DNA of 64,000 bases from Candidatus Wolfebacteria bacterium GW2011_GWE2_44_13 (GTDB lineage: Bacteria; Patescibacteriota; Minisyncoccia; UBA6257; UBA9933), in assembly GCA_001000675.1 (NCBI GenBank), contig LCHW01000001.1, forward strand, positions 68,013-132,012, read 5' to 3'. Under the pieces are notes generated by a model. It was given only the letters and a program-made list of their open reading frames with translations. It was not told where the DNA came from and did no database searches. Below are positions 36,713 through 46,354 of this stretch, piece after piece. Positions within the stretch are counted from its first letter, which is position 1; each line of letters opens with the position of its first letter. The translations under genes and the position numbers were made by a program.

Positions 36713-36796
36713 TGCCGAGAAGAGGACTCGAACCTCCACACTGTTGCCAGCGCTAGAACCTGAATCTAGTGCGTCTACCAATTTCGCCATCTCGGC
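36713..36796 (-). tRNA. tRNA-Leu (anticodon CAG), type II with a long variable arm
   Basis: Reverse complement is GCCGAGA TG GCGAAATTGGTAGACGC ACTAGA TTCAGGT TCTAG CGCTGGCAACAGTGTG GAGGTTCGAGTCCTC TTCTCGGC A. Anticodon loop UUCAGGU. Confidence 0.85.
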
Positions 36797-36879
36797 TGAG
36801 ATATATCCCTCGCTACTGTGAGCGGGGGAGTTGAAGCAATGCCTCAACTAACTCCTGTATCCTACATACTTTCCTCTTA

Positions 36880-37683
36880 TTATGCAAGTTTTCCCTGCCA
36901 ATTCACCTCAAATAATGGAGTTTTCTTAACAATGCTTACTTCGTCCTTCTTTTTTGTGAGAAAGCTGAAGCGCTTTGGATCTTCTACAAAAAGCGTATAC
37001 AGCGGAGTGTTGAACGGAATATTAAGTGAAGATAATTCCGCAGGAACGCCAAAAGACGTTTCTCCGACATTTTTATACGCTGTGTTTTCTGCAAGTGTAA
37101 AGCCAGTTTGTTCCCACGCTGGAGGGAGAACCCAATACGCTACGCCACGGTTCTTCTTCGTATCAGAATAATCAGACTGTACGAAGTCTGCAAAAAGATC
37201 CGCAAGAATAAGAGGCTCACTTCCTATGTTAATAGTGATGTGCGTATATTGCGATGGGATCAACACTTTCTCCCCTTTATTTGCTGCGATATAGAAAACA
37301 TCGTTTGTTTTCTTTCCTGTTTGTTGTAATGCAAATAATGCATTTCCGCTTAAGACCTCATAGACTTCTGCTGCTGGATGCGTGTGCCCAATCGTTCGAA
37401 TATATTCCCCATCTTTCCCGCCAATTGTGCCAGGGAAAATTACTGTGATATCATACCGAATTTTATTGGTTCGAAAAATCTGCTCGTCCTTCTGCTGATG
37501 TACATCGCGGTACATGAGATAGAGGTTTTTTCTGCGGGATGTCGCCTTTTTGTCCATTAGGTATGGACGCGCGTCTTCCAATGAACGTGCATGCATGGGC
37601 TCGGACACAACACCCTTTCCAAGAGAAATAGTATCGGTGTCGAAGGTGATCCCTAAGCCGCTTTGTTTCTTAAGATTTTTCAT
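36880..37683 (-). CDS. Cupin-type glucose-6-phosphate isomerase (archaeal-type cPGI)-like
   Basis: TIGHTHPAAEVYEVLSGNALFALQ matches the cPGI metal-binding motif (TxGHxH...AEVYxxLxG). About 267 aa. Confidence 0.55.
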   Translation of the reverse strand: MKNLKKQSGLGITFDTDTISLGKGVVSEPMHARSLEDARPYLMDKKATSRRKNLYLMYRDVHQQKDEQIFRTNKIRYDITVIFPGTIGGKDGEYIRTIGHTHPAAEVYEVLSGNALFALQQTGKKTNDVFYIAANKGEKVLIPSQYTHITINIGSEPLILADLFADFVQSDYSDTKKNRGVAYWVLPPAWEQTGFTLAENTAYKNVGETSFGVPAELSSLNIPFNTPLYTLFVEDPKRFSFLTKKKDEVSIVKKTPLFEVNWQGKLA

Positions 37684-37685
37684 AG

Positions 37686-39323
37686 TTAGTCTTTAAATGT
37701 TCGCACAGTTTTTATGTACCATGTGTCGATTGCAGTAAAGCGATCGCTCGGAACAGAAAGTGATTGCGCAGTAAAGCCCTTTAACGATTTATTACTTACG
37801 TAGAGATAATACGGGGAGTAGAGAAATACTGCTGGCCTATCTTCTCGAATTATATCGCGTAATTGATTGAGGCCATTTTCACGACTCTCTGCATTGAAAT
37901 CGGTACGTACGTAATTGATGAGCTTATCAACGTCTTTGTTTTCGTAGAGAGAAAGGTTTAGCCCTGGGTCAAGTTTTTGGCTTGATTCCCAGAAAGAAAA
38001 CGGATCAAGATTTTTTCCGTAACTGTTGCCAAAAAGAAGCAATTCATAATCGCGTGGTTTGATAACTGTTTTGCTAAAGTCGCTTATTGAAGCAATATGA
38101 ATTCGAACGCCAATACCAGCGGCTTTCCACTGGGCTTCGAGCATCTTTGCGGTTTCTTGGAGAAACGGTGTTGGATATACCGTAAGAACAAATTCAAGTT
38201 TTTTGCCATCGCGCTCTCTAATACCGGAATCGGTCATCACCCAATCATTCTCTTCTAACCATGCGATTGCGCGCTCGAGAGAATATTCGGGTATGCCTTG
38301 TACTTCTGGAGTGAATGCAGGGATAGGGCTTGTGATTGCAACTGCATTATCACCAAAGATTGCCTTCGTTATTGCTGCGTTGTCTGTTGCTAAAGAAAGC
38401 GCCTTTTTCATACTGTCAGTCCGCAGGGTTTCATTCGCAAATGGATTTGAGAAAACAGCATAGTAGCGAGGCATTGTTATCTTGCGCACTTGATGGGGGA
38501 TTGAGATAGACTCGAGTACACTTGGTTCGACAATAGCCATGCCGTCAATATCTCCGTCATTCAGTGCTTCTACGGCATCTGACTCGTTCTGATAAAAGCG
38601 CACCATTAAGGTGTCGATATATGCCTTTGGTCCAAAATAGCGTTCATTTCGCTTTAATAAAATTTGCGTAACAAATCCGTCGCGGCGTTTTTCAAATGAT
38701 TCAAATATGTATGGGCCACTCCCGATAGGTTCTCGGTTGTAATCGGACAAACGAATGTTTGCCGTAGGAACGCTTGCAAACAAATGTTTTGGTACTGGCT
38801 GGAGTGATAATACTGCGTTTTCGAAGAACGAATACGTAACAGGGGTAATTATTTTTAGCTCGCGTTCGCTAATGCGCTCTACTTGAACGCCTTTCCATAG
38901 TGGTGCAAGCGGTGAAGCGATAGCCTGGTCTTGGATAAGCTGAATGGTAAAAATAATATCGTCTGTTGTAATAGGTTGATTATCTTGCCAAACGATATCG
39001 CCTTTAATGCGAATGTCGAATACCTTGCCGTCATCTGCGAGCGTTATTGTTTCTGCCATTGCGCGTATATTTGCAAATAAAAGTTGTGACAAATCATTGT
39101 CTGGGTTGTTACTTTCTGCAAAGAGCGGGTTGATAAAAATCGGTTGCCCTACGATACCCTCGACATATTCACCGCCTGCTACGGGGGAGAGGATTGTGTT
39201 TAACTGAATAATACTTATCAACAGGAGGAGTGATGTAATTACGAGAATAAAAAACGCCGCAATAAACGTAATACGTTCTTTGCGGGAAAATAGTGTAAAA
39301 AGATTGAAAATCGCTTTTAACAA
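37686..39323 (-). CDS. ABC transporter substrate-binding protein, family 5 (oligopeptide/dipeptide-binding-like), membrane-anchored
   Basis: N-terminal TM anchor. Size and sequence style match the SBP_bac_5 fold (545 aa). Confidence 0.55.
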   Translation of the reverse strand: MLKAIFNLFTLFSRKERITFIAAFFILVITSLLLLISIIQLNTILSPVAGGEYVEGIVGQPIFINPLFAESNNPDNDLSQLLFANIRAMAETITLADDGKVFDIRIKGDIVWQDNQPITTDDIIFTIQLIQDQAIASPLAPLWKGVQVERISERELKIITPVTYSFFENAVLSLQPVPKHLFASVPTANIRLSDYNREPIGSGPYIFESFEKRRDGFVTQILLKRNERYFGPKAYIDTLMVRFYQNESDAVEALNDGDIDGMAIVEPSVLESISIPHQVRKITMPRYYAVFSNPFANETLRTDSMKKALSLATDNAAITKAIFGDNAVAITSPIPAFTPEVQGIPEYSLERAIAWLEENDWVMTDSGIRERDGKKLEFVLTVYPTPFLQETAKMLEAQWKAAGIGVRIHIASISDFSKTVIKPRDYELLLFGNSYGKNLDPFSFWESSQKLDPGLNLSLYENKDVDKLINYVRTDFNAESRENGLNQLRDIIREDRPAVFLYSPYYLYVSNKSLKGFTAQSLSVPSDRFTAIDTWYIKTVRTFKD

Positions 39324-39463
39324 GGTAGTAAACCGTAAGTAATATACGGATTGTTATTCGAGCCTTTCGACAGGCTTGGAGAAGGACTTTGACTTGAATC
39401 CAGTGGGTATAAACATTTTTCCCCCTTGCTGGTGGGCAGAGGGGGAAAAGAATGAGGCGAAGC

Positions 39464-39682
39464 TTATTGAGATAGGCTGATGAGCGATAACACTGCAAAT
39501 GCTACTGCAATAACAACAGTTGCTCCGAAAATAATGCGTTCAAATCCACGACGAGTCTGGTATGTGCCACCGTCTGCTCCTCCACCAAATGCGCCTGAGA
39601 GGCCGGATGAGCGTTCCTGCAATAAGATGAGGACGATCAATACAATCGATAGAATGACTTGGGCTAGGGATAAATAGTTCAT
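39464..39682 (-). CDS. secG: Preprotein translocase subunit SecG
   Basis: 72 aa. Pattern LLILLQERSSGLSGAFGGG....RRGFE, with two TM helices, is typical of SecG. Confidence 0.75.
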   Translation of the reverse strand: MNYLSLAQVILSIVLIVLILLQERSSGLSGAFGGGADGGTYQTRRGFERIIFGATVVIAVAFAVLSLISLSQ

Positions 39683-39693
39683 AAAGGTAAAGG

Positions 39694-40059
39694 TTAATCC
39701 GCGTACGTTTTACGCGCTGTTACAGTAATAATAACGTTAACGGCACTTATAATGAGTGTCGCATAGGCGAGAGGCTCAAGTCCCTGTATCGTAACATTTT
39801 CCGAGAAATAATCAAGTAGATACAGCATTAATGCGTTTACAATCAGTAAACCGAGGCCCATCGTAAGGATGATGAAAGGGGTGAGAATGAGCTTCAAAAT
39901 AGGCCGAATAAGGGTGTTGATGGCTGTGAAAATCGCTACGACGATGAGTAATTCTTTAAGGTCGCCAGACACAAGGAAGCCAGTGATAAACTTTTCTGCA
40001 ACAATGAATGCAAGAAGGTTTGAAAATAGTGAAAAAATGATTCGGGATAGGAATTTCAT
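39694..40059 (-). CDS. 4-TM membrane protein, phage-holin-4/DUF360-like
   Basis: Start MKFLSRIIFS. GFLVSGDLKELLIVVAIFTAINTLIRPILKLILTPFIILTMGLGLLIVNA matches the PF04020 pattern. Confidence 0.5.
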   Translation of the reverse strand: MKFLSRIIFSLFSNLLAFIVAEKFITGFLVSGDLKELLIVVAIFTAINTLIRPILKLILTPFIILTMGLGLLIVNALMLYLLDYFSENVTIQGLEPLAYATLIISAVNVIITVTARKTYAD

Positions 40060-40094
40060 ATGGATATAGTATACCATAAAAGCGCGTAAGCGCG

Positions 40095-40240
40095 TAAACG
40101 AATGGGCTGTCATTCCCGCGGCCTGCTTCGTGTAAGAATAAATACTCCGCAGGCATTTCGGCACGTTGCACGCTCGCTCTACTCGCTAGCAACGCCAAGT
40201 CAAGGCGGGAGTCCATTTCCATTTTTAAAAATATCTTTTC
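40095..40240. repeat. Degenerate copy of the composite intergenic repeat (partial R1 hairpin + cggcacgttgcacgct...ctagcaacgccaag module)
   Basis: gctgtcattcccgcgg... and cggcacgttgcacgctcgctctactcgctagcaacgccaag match modules of the 51.0 and 54.1 kb copies. Confidence 0.6.
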
Positions 40241-40341
40241 GTTCCACTTTTTTACGTATTTTGCGAGAACGGCCCATTTTTGGTATACTGTTCCTAATTG
40301 AAAGGTCGAAAACATAATATGTCATTCACTGTTTTTGGATA

Positions 40342-41040
40342 GTGCATGGCAATAAAAAAATGTTTGTACAAAATTTAACTAGCACACTTTACGGTTCTCT
40401 GGCGAGTGTGTGGCTCGGAGTAATGGCATTCATGCCTAAATTTATTGGAGCACTTATCGTGTTGATTATTGGTTTGGTCATCGCTTCCGTTTTTGGATCG
40501 GTTATCGAACAGATCATCAAGTCTGTTAAGTTGGATGGATTGTTGAAGAAGATTGGCGTATCACAATACATCGATCGTTCTGGCGTACGTCTTGATTCAG
40601 GAAGATTCTTGGGTCGTATCGTATACTGGTTCTTTGCTATCGTTTCAATCTTGGCGGTATCTAATATCTTGGGATTGGACGTGTTCTCTGATTTCTTGAA
40701 GCAAGTACTATTGTATGTTCCGAATATCGTTGTTGCAGCATTGATCATGCTTGCTACTTTGGTAGTCGCACGATTTTCTAAGACATTGGTAGTAGCTTCT
40801 GTTGCAACTGCAAAATTGCACGCAGCAAATTTCCTCGGATCTTTTGTTTGGTGGATTATCGTTGTTTTCGGACTCATCACTTCGTTGATGCAGCTTGGAA
40901 TTAATGTATATGTCTTGCAGACAGTTATCACAGGTGTTGTTGCAATGCTTGCAATCGCAGGTGGCATCGCTTTCGGCCTTGGCGGAAAGGATTATGCCGC
41001 TTCTTTGATAGAAAAATTGCGAAAGGACACCGCAGAATAA
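40342..41040 (+). CDS. Membrane protein with conserved-TM-helix repeats (MscS-N-terminal-like TM_helix repeats)
   Basis: Two or three repeats of the hydrophobic-helix-plus-LGLD motif; 232 aa. Confidence 0.35.
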   Translation: MHGNKKMFVQNLTSTLYGSLASVWLGVMAFMPKFIGALIVLIIGLVIASVFGSVIEQIIKSVKLDGLLKKIGVSQYIDRSGVRLDSGRFLGRIVYWFFAIVSILAVSNILGLDVFSDFLKQVLLYVPNIVVAALIMLATLVVARFSKTLVVASVATAKLHAANFLGSFVWWIIVVFGLITSLMQLGINVYVLQTVITGVVAMLAIAGGIAFGLGGKDYAASLIEKLRKDTAE

Positions 41041-41059
41041 AAATCATTATTGATTTACA

Positions 41060-41090
41060 AAAAGCACCGCAAATGCGGTGCTTTTTGTTT
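41060..41090 (+). terminator. Rho-independent terminator
   Basis: aaagcaccgc-aaat-gcggtgcttt followed by ttgttt. Confidence 0.7.
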
Positions 41091-41169
41091 GGTGGACTGA
41101 AATACTATATACTGATTAGTATTAGGTATACGGTATACAGTATACGGTATACGAACTACCATTTTTCGT

Positions 41170-41547
41170 ATGGATATCTTCCTTATCTACCTCTTCGATC
41201 GTTTTATCTACCGCATCTCGCATTTCATGCGCCACTGGTATGTGGATAGTTTTGTGCATTACAGCCGATTTGTTATTGCGCGCTTGGAAGATATGGATCA
41301 AACAATTGCATTAAAAGTTACATGGCGAAATATATTCCAGCCATTGTACCAAGAGCGTAACGTTGCAGGGTATCTTCTCGGATTTATTTTTCGATCCATA
41401 CGATTGGTTATGGGGGGAGTTATTTATACGGTCGTGATTATTATAGCCGCCGCACTCTTCTTGGTATGGGCTGGTATTATCCCTTACATCTTGCTAAAAA
41501 TTGCTGGGCAGACACCCGCTGGGCTGATTTATAAATCAACACTATGA
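41170..41547 (+). CDS. Small membrane hypothetical protein; stop overlaps the ClpC-like start
   Basis: 125 aa with a TM helix near the C-terminus and an ATGA overlap at 41544. Confidence 0.35.
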   Translation: MDIFLIYLFDRFIYRISHFMRHWYVDSFVHYSRFVIARLEDMDQTIALKVTWRNIFQPLYQERNVAGYLLGFIFRSIRLVMGGVIYTVVIIIAAALFLVWAGIIPYILLKIAGQTPAGLIYKSTL

Positions 41548-44096
41548 CAGAGCGAATTGTTACTCCTATGGAATCAAACCTATCTGTAGAAAAATTGCTG
41601 TTTTCTGACCCACGACTTGAGTTTTCTGCCTCCCTTCGTTTTTTGTGGGGGTTGGTTACTTATTCGTTTTATAGCATTTTTACTATCGGCACTATTCTTG
41701 CTGTTATTTCTGATATTGAATGGCTACGTTGGTTCGGTATTTTGTGTACGTTCGTATTAATTGATCGCGCACTTCATATTAATACGCCATTGCATATGAT
41801 CACCTCGTTGAAACCGGAAGGAGTTGCTGGCGTCAATATTACCGAATTCCTACTTCCAAAAACATTTCGTTCTATTATTCGCGCGCTCGATAAGACAGGT
41901 ATCGCGGGAGGAAATTTTTATCTGCACCTTATGAAAACGTTGATTCGCGATGCGGGTATTCGTGGCGCACTCTATCGATTAGAGATATCTCCAGAAGAGT
42001 TTGAACATAAAATTGACGAAGAGATTGAAAAGTTTAAAAGTAATAGTCCCTATGCGCATGGAGAATTGCTTTCGCGCATTCACATGCTTGTAAAAACAGC
42101 ATTCCTTGATGCATATGCAAACGGTGATAAATATATTGCGCCAAATGACATATTTGCTGCATTGCGTACCGTTGATGATGCTGCAGTGCGACGAGTATTT
42201 TATTTGTTCTCACTCGATGCAAACGACTTGCAAAAAGCACTTATCTTTAGCCGTTATCGACAGAAGTTCTCTTGGATGAAGCTTATCCCGGAGACAATCG
42301 GAGGGTTTGCGCATAAAGGGCCGCGCCATCGTGTCATGAATCGTGCATGGACCGCACGACCAACGCCGACGCTTGATATGTATAGCGATGATTTAACCGA
42401 TCTTGCTCGCGAACAGCGGGTGGGGTTCCTTGTAGGACACCAACAAGAATATGGAACAATAGTAAATATCCTTTCCCGCGGTGCAAAGCAAAACGTGATG
42501 CTTATTGGCGAACCGGGGAGTGGAAAAGAAGCTATTATTAGCCACCTTGCACACAATATTGTAAAAGATAAAGTGCCGGATGCGTTGTTTGATAAACGGC
42601 TCGTGTCACTTTCAATCGGAGAACTGGTTTCTGGCGCAGGGCCAGAAGAAATTTCCACTCGCGTACGCGTGGTAACAAACGAGCTTATCGGAGCAAAGAA
42701 TATTATCCTGTACATTCCCGATATCCATAATTTGTTTAAAACAGCAGGCGAAGGATTTATGAATGTTGCGACGCTGATGTTGCCGGCTATTGCGGGCGAT
42801 GCGTTTCAAGTAATCGGCTCGACCTACCCTCGAGAAATGAAAACGGAAATAGAAACCCACTCCGATTTTTTGAGTGTTTTTGAAACGGTACGTGTTGAAG
42901 AAATATCCGAAGACGATGCAATTCGGTTACTTACGTACGCGGTTGTTATCTTGGAAAAACAATACAATATCGTAGTTAGTTTTGAGGCTATTAAAGCATC
43001 TGTTTCTATTGCGCATAAATATTTCAAACAAAAATTATTACCTTCAAGCGCAGAGGATTTATTAAAAGAAGCGCTTGCTGATGCAACGCAGCGAGGAGAA
43101 AAAATGCTAACTGATGAGTTGGTTATTGCTGTTGCAGAGCGTAAGGTAAATATTCCAATTCATAAAACAACAAAAGAAGAAGCGGATAAACTCCTTAATC
43201 TTGAAGACATCATTCATACAAACATGGTTGATCAAGAGCAAGCAGTGAGCGCGGTTGCGCGCGCGTTGCGTCAATATCGCAGTGGACTTGCGCGATCAAG
43301 CGGACCAATTGCCACGTTTTTGTTTGTTGGGCCAACGGGTGTTGGTAAAACAGAATTGGCAAAGATTTTAGCAACAACACAGTTTGGCTCTGAACAGATG
43401 TTATTGCGCTTTGATATGTCGGAATATCAAGATAAGCAAAGCATTTTTCGATTTATCGGGACGCCGGACGGGAAAATGAGCGGCACGCTTACGGAATCGG
43501 TTATTCAAAAACCGTATAGCCTTATTTTGTTGGATGAATTTGAAAAAGCGCATCCGGATGTGCTCAACCTATTCTTACAGGTGCTTGATGATGGACGCAT
43601 TACTGATAACGTGGGTCGCGTTGTTGATTTTCATAATACGATTGTCATCGCCACTTCGAATGCAAATTCGGAATTTATCAAAGATGCAATTGAATCGGGA
43701 CGTAGTATCGAGGACATCAAAGACGAATTTAAGAAAAAGTTGACCGCACATTTCCGTCCCGAATTGTTGAATCGATTCTCGGACGTTATCTTGTTTAAAA
43801 ATTTGTCCGTTGATGATACGATTGCAATTGCGCGCATGCAAATAAAGAAGTTGACAAAGACGCTCGGAGAAGACCAGGGGATTAATCTTGTGATTGATGA
43901 TGCCGTCGTGCAACATCTTGCACGCATAGGACATGACCCGGTATTCGGTGCCCGTCCATTGCGCACCGTCATCAATGATCGTATTAAGAGCCAACTTGCC
44001 GAAATGATTTTGCGAAGAGAGATTACGCAAGGAAGTCATCTACAATTGAGCATGGAAGGTGACGATGTGCGATTCGTAATAAAGGAAGAAGAATAA
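41544..44096 (+). CDS. Class I AAA+ Clp ATPase (ClpC/ClpA-like, two NBDs, short linker without a long M-domain) with an N-terminal membrane segment
   Basis: NBD2 has a canonical Walker A (GPTGVGKTELAK), and a sensor/ClpB_D2-small domain follows. NBD1 Walker A is atypical (GEPGSGKEA). Two predicted TM helices lie near the N-terminus (LWGLVTYSFYSIFTIGTILAVI, FGILCTFVLI). Confidence 0.75.
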   Translation: MTERIVTPMESNLSVEKLLFSDPRLEFSASLRFLWGLVTYSFYSIFTIGTILAVISDIEWLRWFGILCTFVLIDRALHINTPLHMITSLKPEGVAGVNITEFLLPKTFRSIIRALDKTGIAGGNFYLHLMKTLIRDAGIRGALYRLEISPEEFEHKIDEEIEKFKSNSPYAHGELLSRIHMLVKTAFLDAYANGDKYIAPNDIFAALRTVDDAAVRRVFYLFSLDANDLQKALIFSRYRQKFSWMKLIPETIGGFAHKGPRHRVMNRAWTARPTPTLDMYSDDLTDLAREQRVGFLVGHQQEYGTIVNILSRGAKQNVMLIGEPGSGKEAIISHLAHNIVKDKVPDALFDKRLVSLSIGELVSGAGPEEISTRVRVVTNELIGAKNIILYIPDIHNLFKTAGEGFMNVATLMLPAIAGDAFQVIGSTYPREMKTEIETHSDFLSVFETVRVEEISEDDAIRLLTYAVVILEKQYNIVVSFEAIKASVSIAHKYFKQKLLPSSAEDLLKEALADATQRGEKMLTDELVIAVAERKVNIPIHKTTKEEADKLLNLEDIIHTNMVDQEQAVSAVARALRQYRSGLARSSGPIATFLFVGPTGVGKTELAKILATTQFGSEQMLLRFDMSEYQDKQSIFRFIGTPDGKMSGTLTESVIQKPYSLILLDEFEKAHPDVLNLFLQVLDDGRITDNVGRVVDFHNTIVIATSNANSEFIKDAIESGRSIEDIKDEFKKKLTAHFRPELLNRFSDVILFKNLSVDDTIAIARMQIKKLTKTLGEDQGINLVIDDAVVQHLARIGHDPVFGARPLRTVINDRIKSQLAEMILRREITQGSHLQLSMEGDDVRFVIKEEE

Positions 44097-44111
44097 CATT
44101 AAAAAAATATT

Positions 44112-44801
44112 ATGCGCATTAACGTAAACATTGATACAACAGGGCTTAAAATAAATCGAATTATAAAGTTTTTTGTTATCTCTGATTTGATGCTGTGGGG
44201 TGGATGGGGTCTTATTGGACCAATTTTTTCCATCTTTCTAGTTAGTACAATTGAAGGCGCAACTGTCGCAACGGTTGGCGGTGTTGTTGCAACTTACTGG
44301 ATCACAAAGTCACTAATACAACTTCCTGTCGCTGTTGCATTAGATAGGCATGAAGGTGAGCGTGACGATTTTTATACCCTTATTCTCGCATTACTCCTTG
44401 CTGGTTTTACTGCCCTTTCCTATCTTCTTGTGGAGGATATTGCAACACTATATCTCGTTGCGTTCTTACAGGGACTTTCGTTTGGTTTGTATGCGCCGTC
44501 ATGGGCTGGCATTTTTTCGCGCCATTTGGATAAAGAGCATTACGCGTTTGATTGGTCGTTGGATAGTACTACTATCGGAATGGCTTCTGGTGTTGCAGCA
44601 TTTGCGGGAGGCGCATTAGCGAATGCATTTGGATTTGACGTTGTGTTTATTCTTGCGAGTGTATTCTCATTCTTTAGTGCAATATTATTGCTTATGGTCC
44701 CAGATTTAGTAATGCCAAAAGCAACGATTACAATTCCCTTTCGTTTCCCTGGGTTTATGAAAATGAAAACTCCGATTGAGGTGGAGAAGAAGGGACAATA
44801 A
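44112..44801 (+). CDS. 6-TM membrane protein, MFS-half-like
   Basis: 229 aa with six hydrophobic segments. Confidence 0.35.
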   Translation: MRINVNIDTTGLKINRIIKFFVISDLMLWGGWGLIGPIFSIFLVSTIEGATVATVGGVVATYWITKSLIQLPVAVALDRHEGERDDFYTLILALLLAGFTALSYLLVEDIATLYLVAFLQGLSFGLYAPSWAGIFSRHLDKEHYAFDWSLDSTTIGMASGVAAFAGGALANAFGFDVVFILASVFSFFSAILLLMVPDLVMPKATITIPFRFPGFMKMKTPIEVEKKGQ

Positions 44802-44872
44802 TACAAGCTCGACAGCTCGTTAGAAGGGAAGCTTGTTAGCAAATATGAGATATAAAAAAAGGAATCACTCGT

Positions 44873-45802
44873 GTGGTCCTTTTTTATAGCATTCCCAGTA
44901 CCTCTTATCTCAAGCCTCCCTTTTTGCTATACTTAATGCATATGGAGCAATTGCACGCACGGAAGTTAAAAGTTTTGGAAGAGACGGCGAATTTGATTCG
45001 ACAAGATATTGTTGAAATGCTTGAGCATGCTGGTTCAGGGCATAGCGCGGGGCCACTTGGTATGGCGGATATTTTTACAACATTATATTTTCATTTATTG
45101 AACCACGACCCAAAGAATCCCAATTGGGCTGATCGCGACCGCGTCGTACTTTCTAACGGACACATTTGCCCTGTTTTATATGCAACGCTTGCACGCGCAG
45201 GCTATTTCCCTGTTGAAGAATTAAAAACATTACGCAAACTTGGCTCTCGATTGCAAGGGCATCCGCATCGTGGTCCATTGCCTGGCGTTGAAACAACGTC
45301 TGGACCACTTGGATCTGGCTTGTCGCAAGCTATTGGTATGGCGCAAGCAGCAAAGCTTGATGGGAAAAAACATCGCATCTATTGTTTGATGTCAGATGGA
45401 GAACACAACGAAGGCAATACATGGGAAGCTATTTTGTATGCAGGGAAAAATAAGATGAGTAACGTCACTGCTATTATCGATCGAAATAATATTCAGATTG
45501 ATGGATTTACAGAAGATACGATGCCACTTGAACCGTTGCGCGATAAATATGAAGCATTTAATTGGCATGTTATTGATGTGAGTGGGCATAATTATATGGC
45601 GATCGCTGGAGCGGTTATGGAAGCGCAGGCAATTCATGAGCGACCGACGGTTATCATTGCCCATACGATCCCAGGGAAGGGAGTGAGCTTTATGGAAAAC
45701 AATTATGTTTGGCATGGCATGCCGCCCAATAAAGAGCAGGCTACGGCTGCTATTCGAGAGTTGCGAACACTGTGGGGGAAGATACGTGCCGAACATGATT
45801 AA
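44873..45802 (+). CDS. Transketolase, N-terminal (TPP-binding) subunit of a split transketolase
   Basis: GHSAGPLGMADIFTTLY...DRDRVVLSNGH and GSLGQGL-like SGPLGSGLSQAIGMA motifs. The probable start is at the internal MHMEQL (about 44936-44942). No C-terminal subunit gene is adjacent. Confidence 0.8.
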   Translation: MVLFYSIPSTSYLKPPFLLYLMHMEQLHARKLKVLEETANLIRQDIVEMLEHAGSGHSAGPLGMADIFTTLYFHLLNHDPKNPNWADRDRVVLSNGHICPVLYATLARAGYFPVEELKTLRKLGSRLQGHPHRGPLPGVETTSGPLGSGLSQAIGMAQAAKLDGKKHRIYCLMSDGEHNEGNTWEAILYAGKNKMSNVTAIIDRNNIQIDGFTEDTMPLEPLRDKYEAFNWHVIDVSGHNYMAIAGAVMEAQAIHERPTVIIAHTIPGKGVSFMENNYVWHGMPPNKEQATAAIRELRTLWGKIRAEHD

Positions 45803-45820
45803 TTTTTAAACTGCAATTAT

Positions 45821-46330
45821 ATGGAAGCAATCCCAACGAACAACAAAGAACAAGAACTTTCTACTACTAAGGAAGCTCCGCGCAATCCCAATAGTATCGG
45901 TGAGGTGCTGAGTATTGGAAAGGATTTGCCGACACATCCTGATAAAGTGTATCGCAGTGTTCGTGAGGAGGCAGCGGTAGAAGATTTATTTACGAGCGGC
46001 ATTGTGCGCAATGCACAAGCTGCTGGAGTAAAAGAAAAAAGCAGATGGGATGATAGAGTTTTCTGGAGCAGGGGCGCAGATGGAAAATTTCATAATGTAC
46101 AGCAAGGAGGATTTGTTATTGAAGCTCCCTACGCCGTTGCTACCGAACGCGTTGTTACAAAAGATGATGTATCTGCAATTTATAAAAAAGAAACGGATGG
46201 AGTTGTCGATATCCTTCCAATCAAACGAGACGGCGTTGATGCGCACCATACTATTGAGCAAGAGCAAAGCGAAGCGCATAAAGAAGATCGTCTCGCAGAA
46301 TTAAGAAAAGAATTAGGAATATCAAAATAA
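45821..46330 (+). CDS. Hypothetical protein
   Basis: 169-aa ORF with typical composition; no recognisable family. Confidence 0.35.
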   Translation: MEAIPTNNKEQELSTTKEAPRNPNSIGEVLSIGKDLPTHPDKVYRSVREEAAVEDLFTSGIVRNAQAAGVKEKSRWDDRVFWSRGADGKFHNVQQGGFVIEAPYAVATERVVTKDDVSAIYKKETDGVVDILPIKRDGVDAHHTIEQEQSEAHKEDRLAELRKELGISK

Positions 46331-46354
46331 TATAACCACTATTCACACCTAATC

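Noticed and set aside
39330-39460. Hairpin tttcccccttgctggtgggcagagggggaaaag between secG and the SBP gene as a terminator
   Set aside because: Strong stem but no U-run on either strand, so it cannot be called as an intrinsic terminator. It may be an mRNA-processing or stability element.
40389-40967. 192-aa minus-strand ORF antisense to the 40342-41040 membrane protein
   Set aside because: A shadow ORF of a more plausible plus-strand membrane protein.
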